From the human T2T-CHM13v2.0 reference genome, Homo sapiens, in assembly GCF_009914755.1 (NCBI RefSeq), contig NC_060933.1: a DNA stretch of 64,000 bases; one strand, written 5' to 3'. Of the stretch, positions 63,539 to 64,000 are shown piece by piece; within the stretch, counting starts at the first letter, position 1, and every line of letters begins with the position of its first letter. The position numbers and the translations under genes were made by a program. Under the pieces are notes generated by a model. That model was not told the origin of the DNA, ran no database searches, and saw only the letters and a list, made by a program, of their open reading frames with translations.

Positions 63539-63760
63539 GCCGGCCGCCGGCGCGCGTTCCTTACTTATAACTTCCTTCGCTACAGCCTTTTCCTCCGCCT
63601 TCTCCCATGCCCCGCCCCTCCCTTTCTTCTCTCCGCCCCCCCCGAGGCTCCCTTCCATCGTTGCTATGGCAGCTAAATCAACAAACTCGGCGCACGTGGG
63701 GGCGGGGGAGGGGAAGGAGGGGCGCGGGCGGGGCTGGGCCGGGCCGTGACGCCAGCCAGG
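63539..63760 (-). promoter_or_regulatory. KLF4 core/proximal promoter: TATA-like TATAAG (63564-63569), GC/KLF-SP boxes, E-box CACGTG (63693-63698)
   Basis: TATAA is ~30 nt upstream of the mRNA start; multiple GGGCGG and GGGGAGGGG tracts. Confidence 0.8.
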
Positions 63761-64000
63761 CAGCTGGCGGGCTGGAGCCGAGCTGACGCCGGCGGCAGTG
63801 GTGTCGGCGGCGGCGGCGGCGTCCGCCCCAGCGCGGGGCGCGAGGAACCGGGCGCAGGTTCGGTCGCTGCGCGACCAGGGCCGTACTCACCGCCATTGTC
63901 GGCTCCCTGGGTTCGAAGCCCGCGAAGACTGGTGGGGTCAGCGGGCGGCACGGTCACGCGTCCGCACCCCTGCTAGCATACGCGCTTGCCGCGCTGTCTG

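Overview
This is human (primate) genomic DNA containing the whole KLF4 gene on the minus strand at the right end (TSS ~63538, five exons, CDS 62945->59524, 479 aa, poly(A) site ~58625), with its CpG-island promoter. The other ~57 kb is the downstream flank. It is very Alu-rich (about 75-80 copies or fragments by manual count) and also holds old L1, MaLR and DNA-transposon relics, a second CpG island at ~39.4-40.2 kb, a full-length HMGN2 processed pseudogene, an ACTB 3'-UTR retrocopy and a U6-RPSA chimeric retrogene. I see no new protein-coding system; almost all listed ORFs are Alu or GC-rich shadow ORFs. The most unusual signals are: (1) two locally templated insertions with microhomology junctions (29.5/31.5 kb and 48.9-51.5 kb); (2) the U6-RPSA chimera; (3) KLF4 5' architecture, namely a 60-codon uORF, a weak first AUG, and an upstream ATG-GCG|GTGAGT candidate first exon. 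Gene and repeat names come from recall of known sequences, not from a database search.
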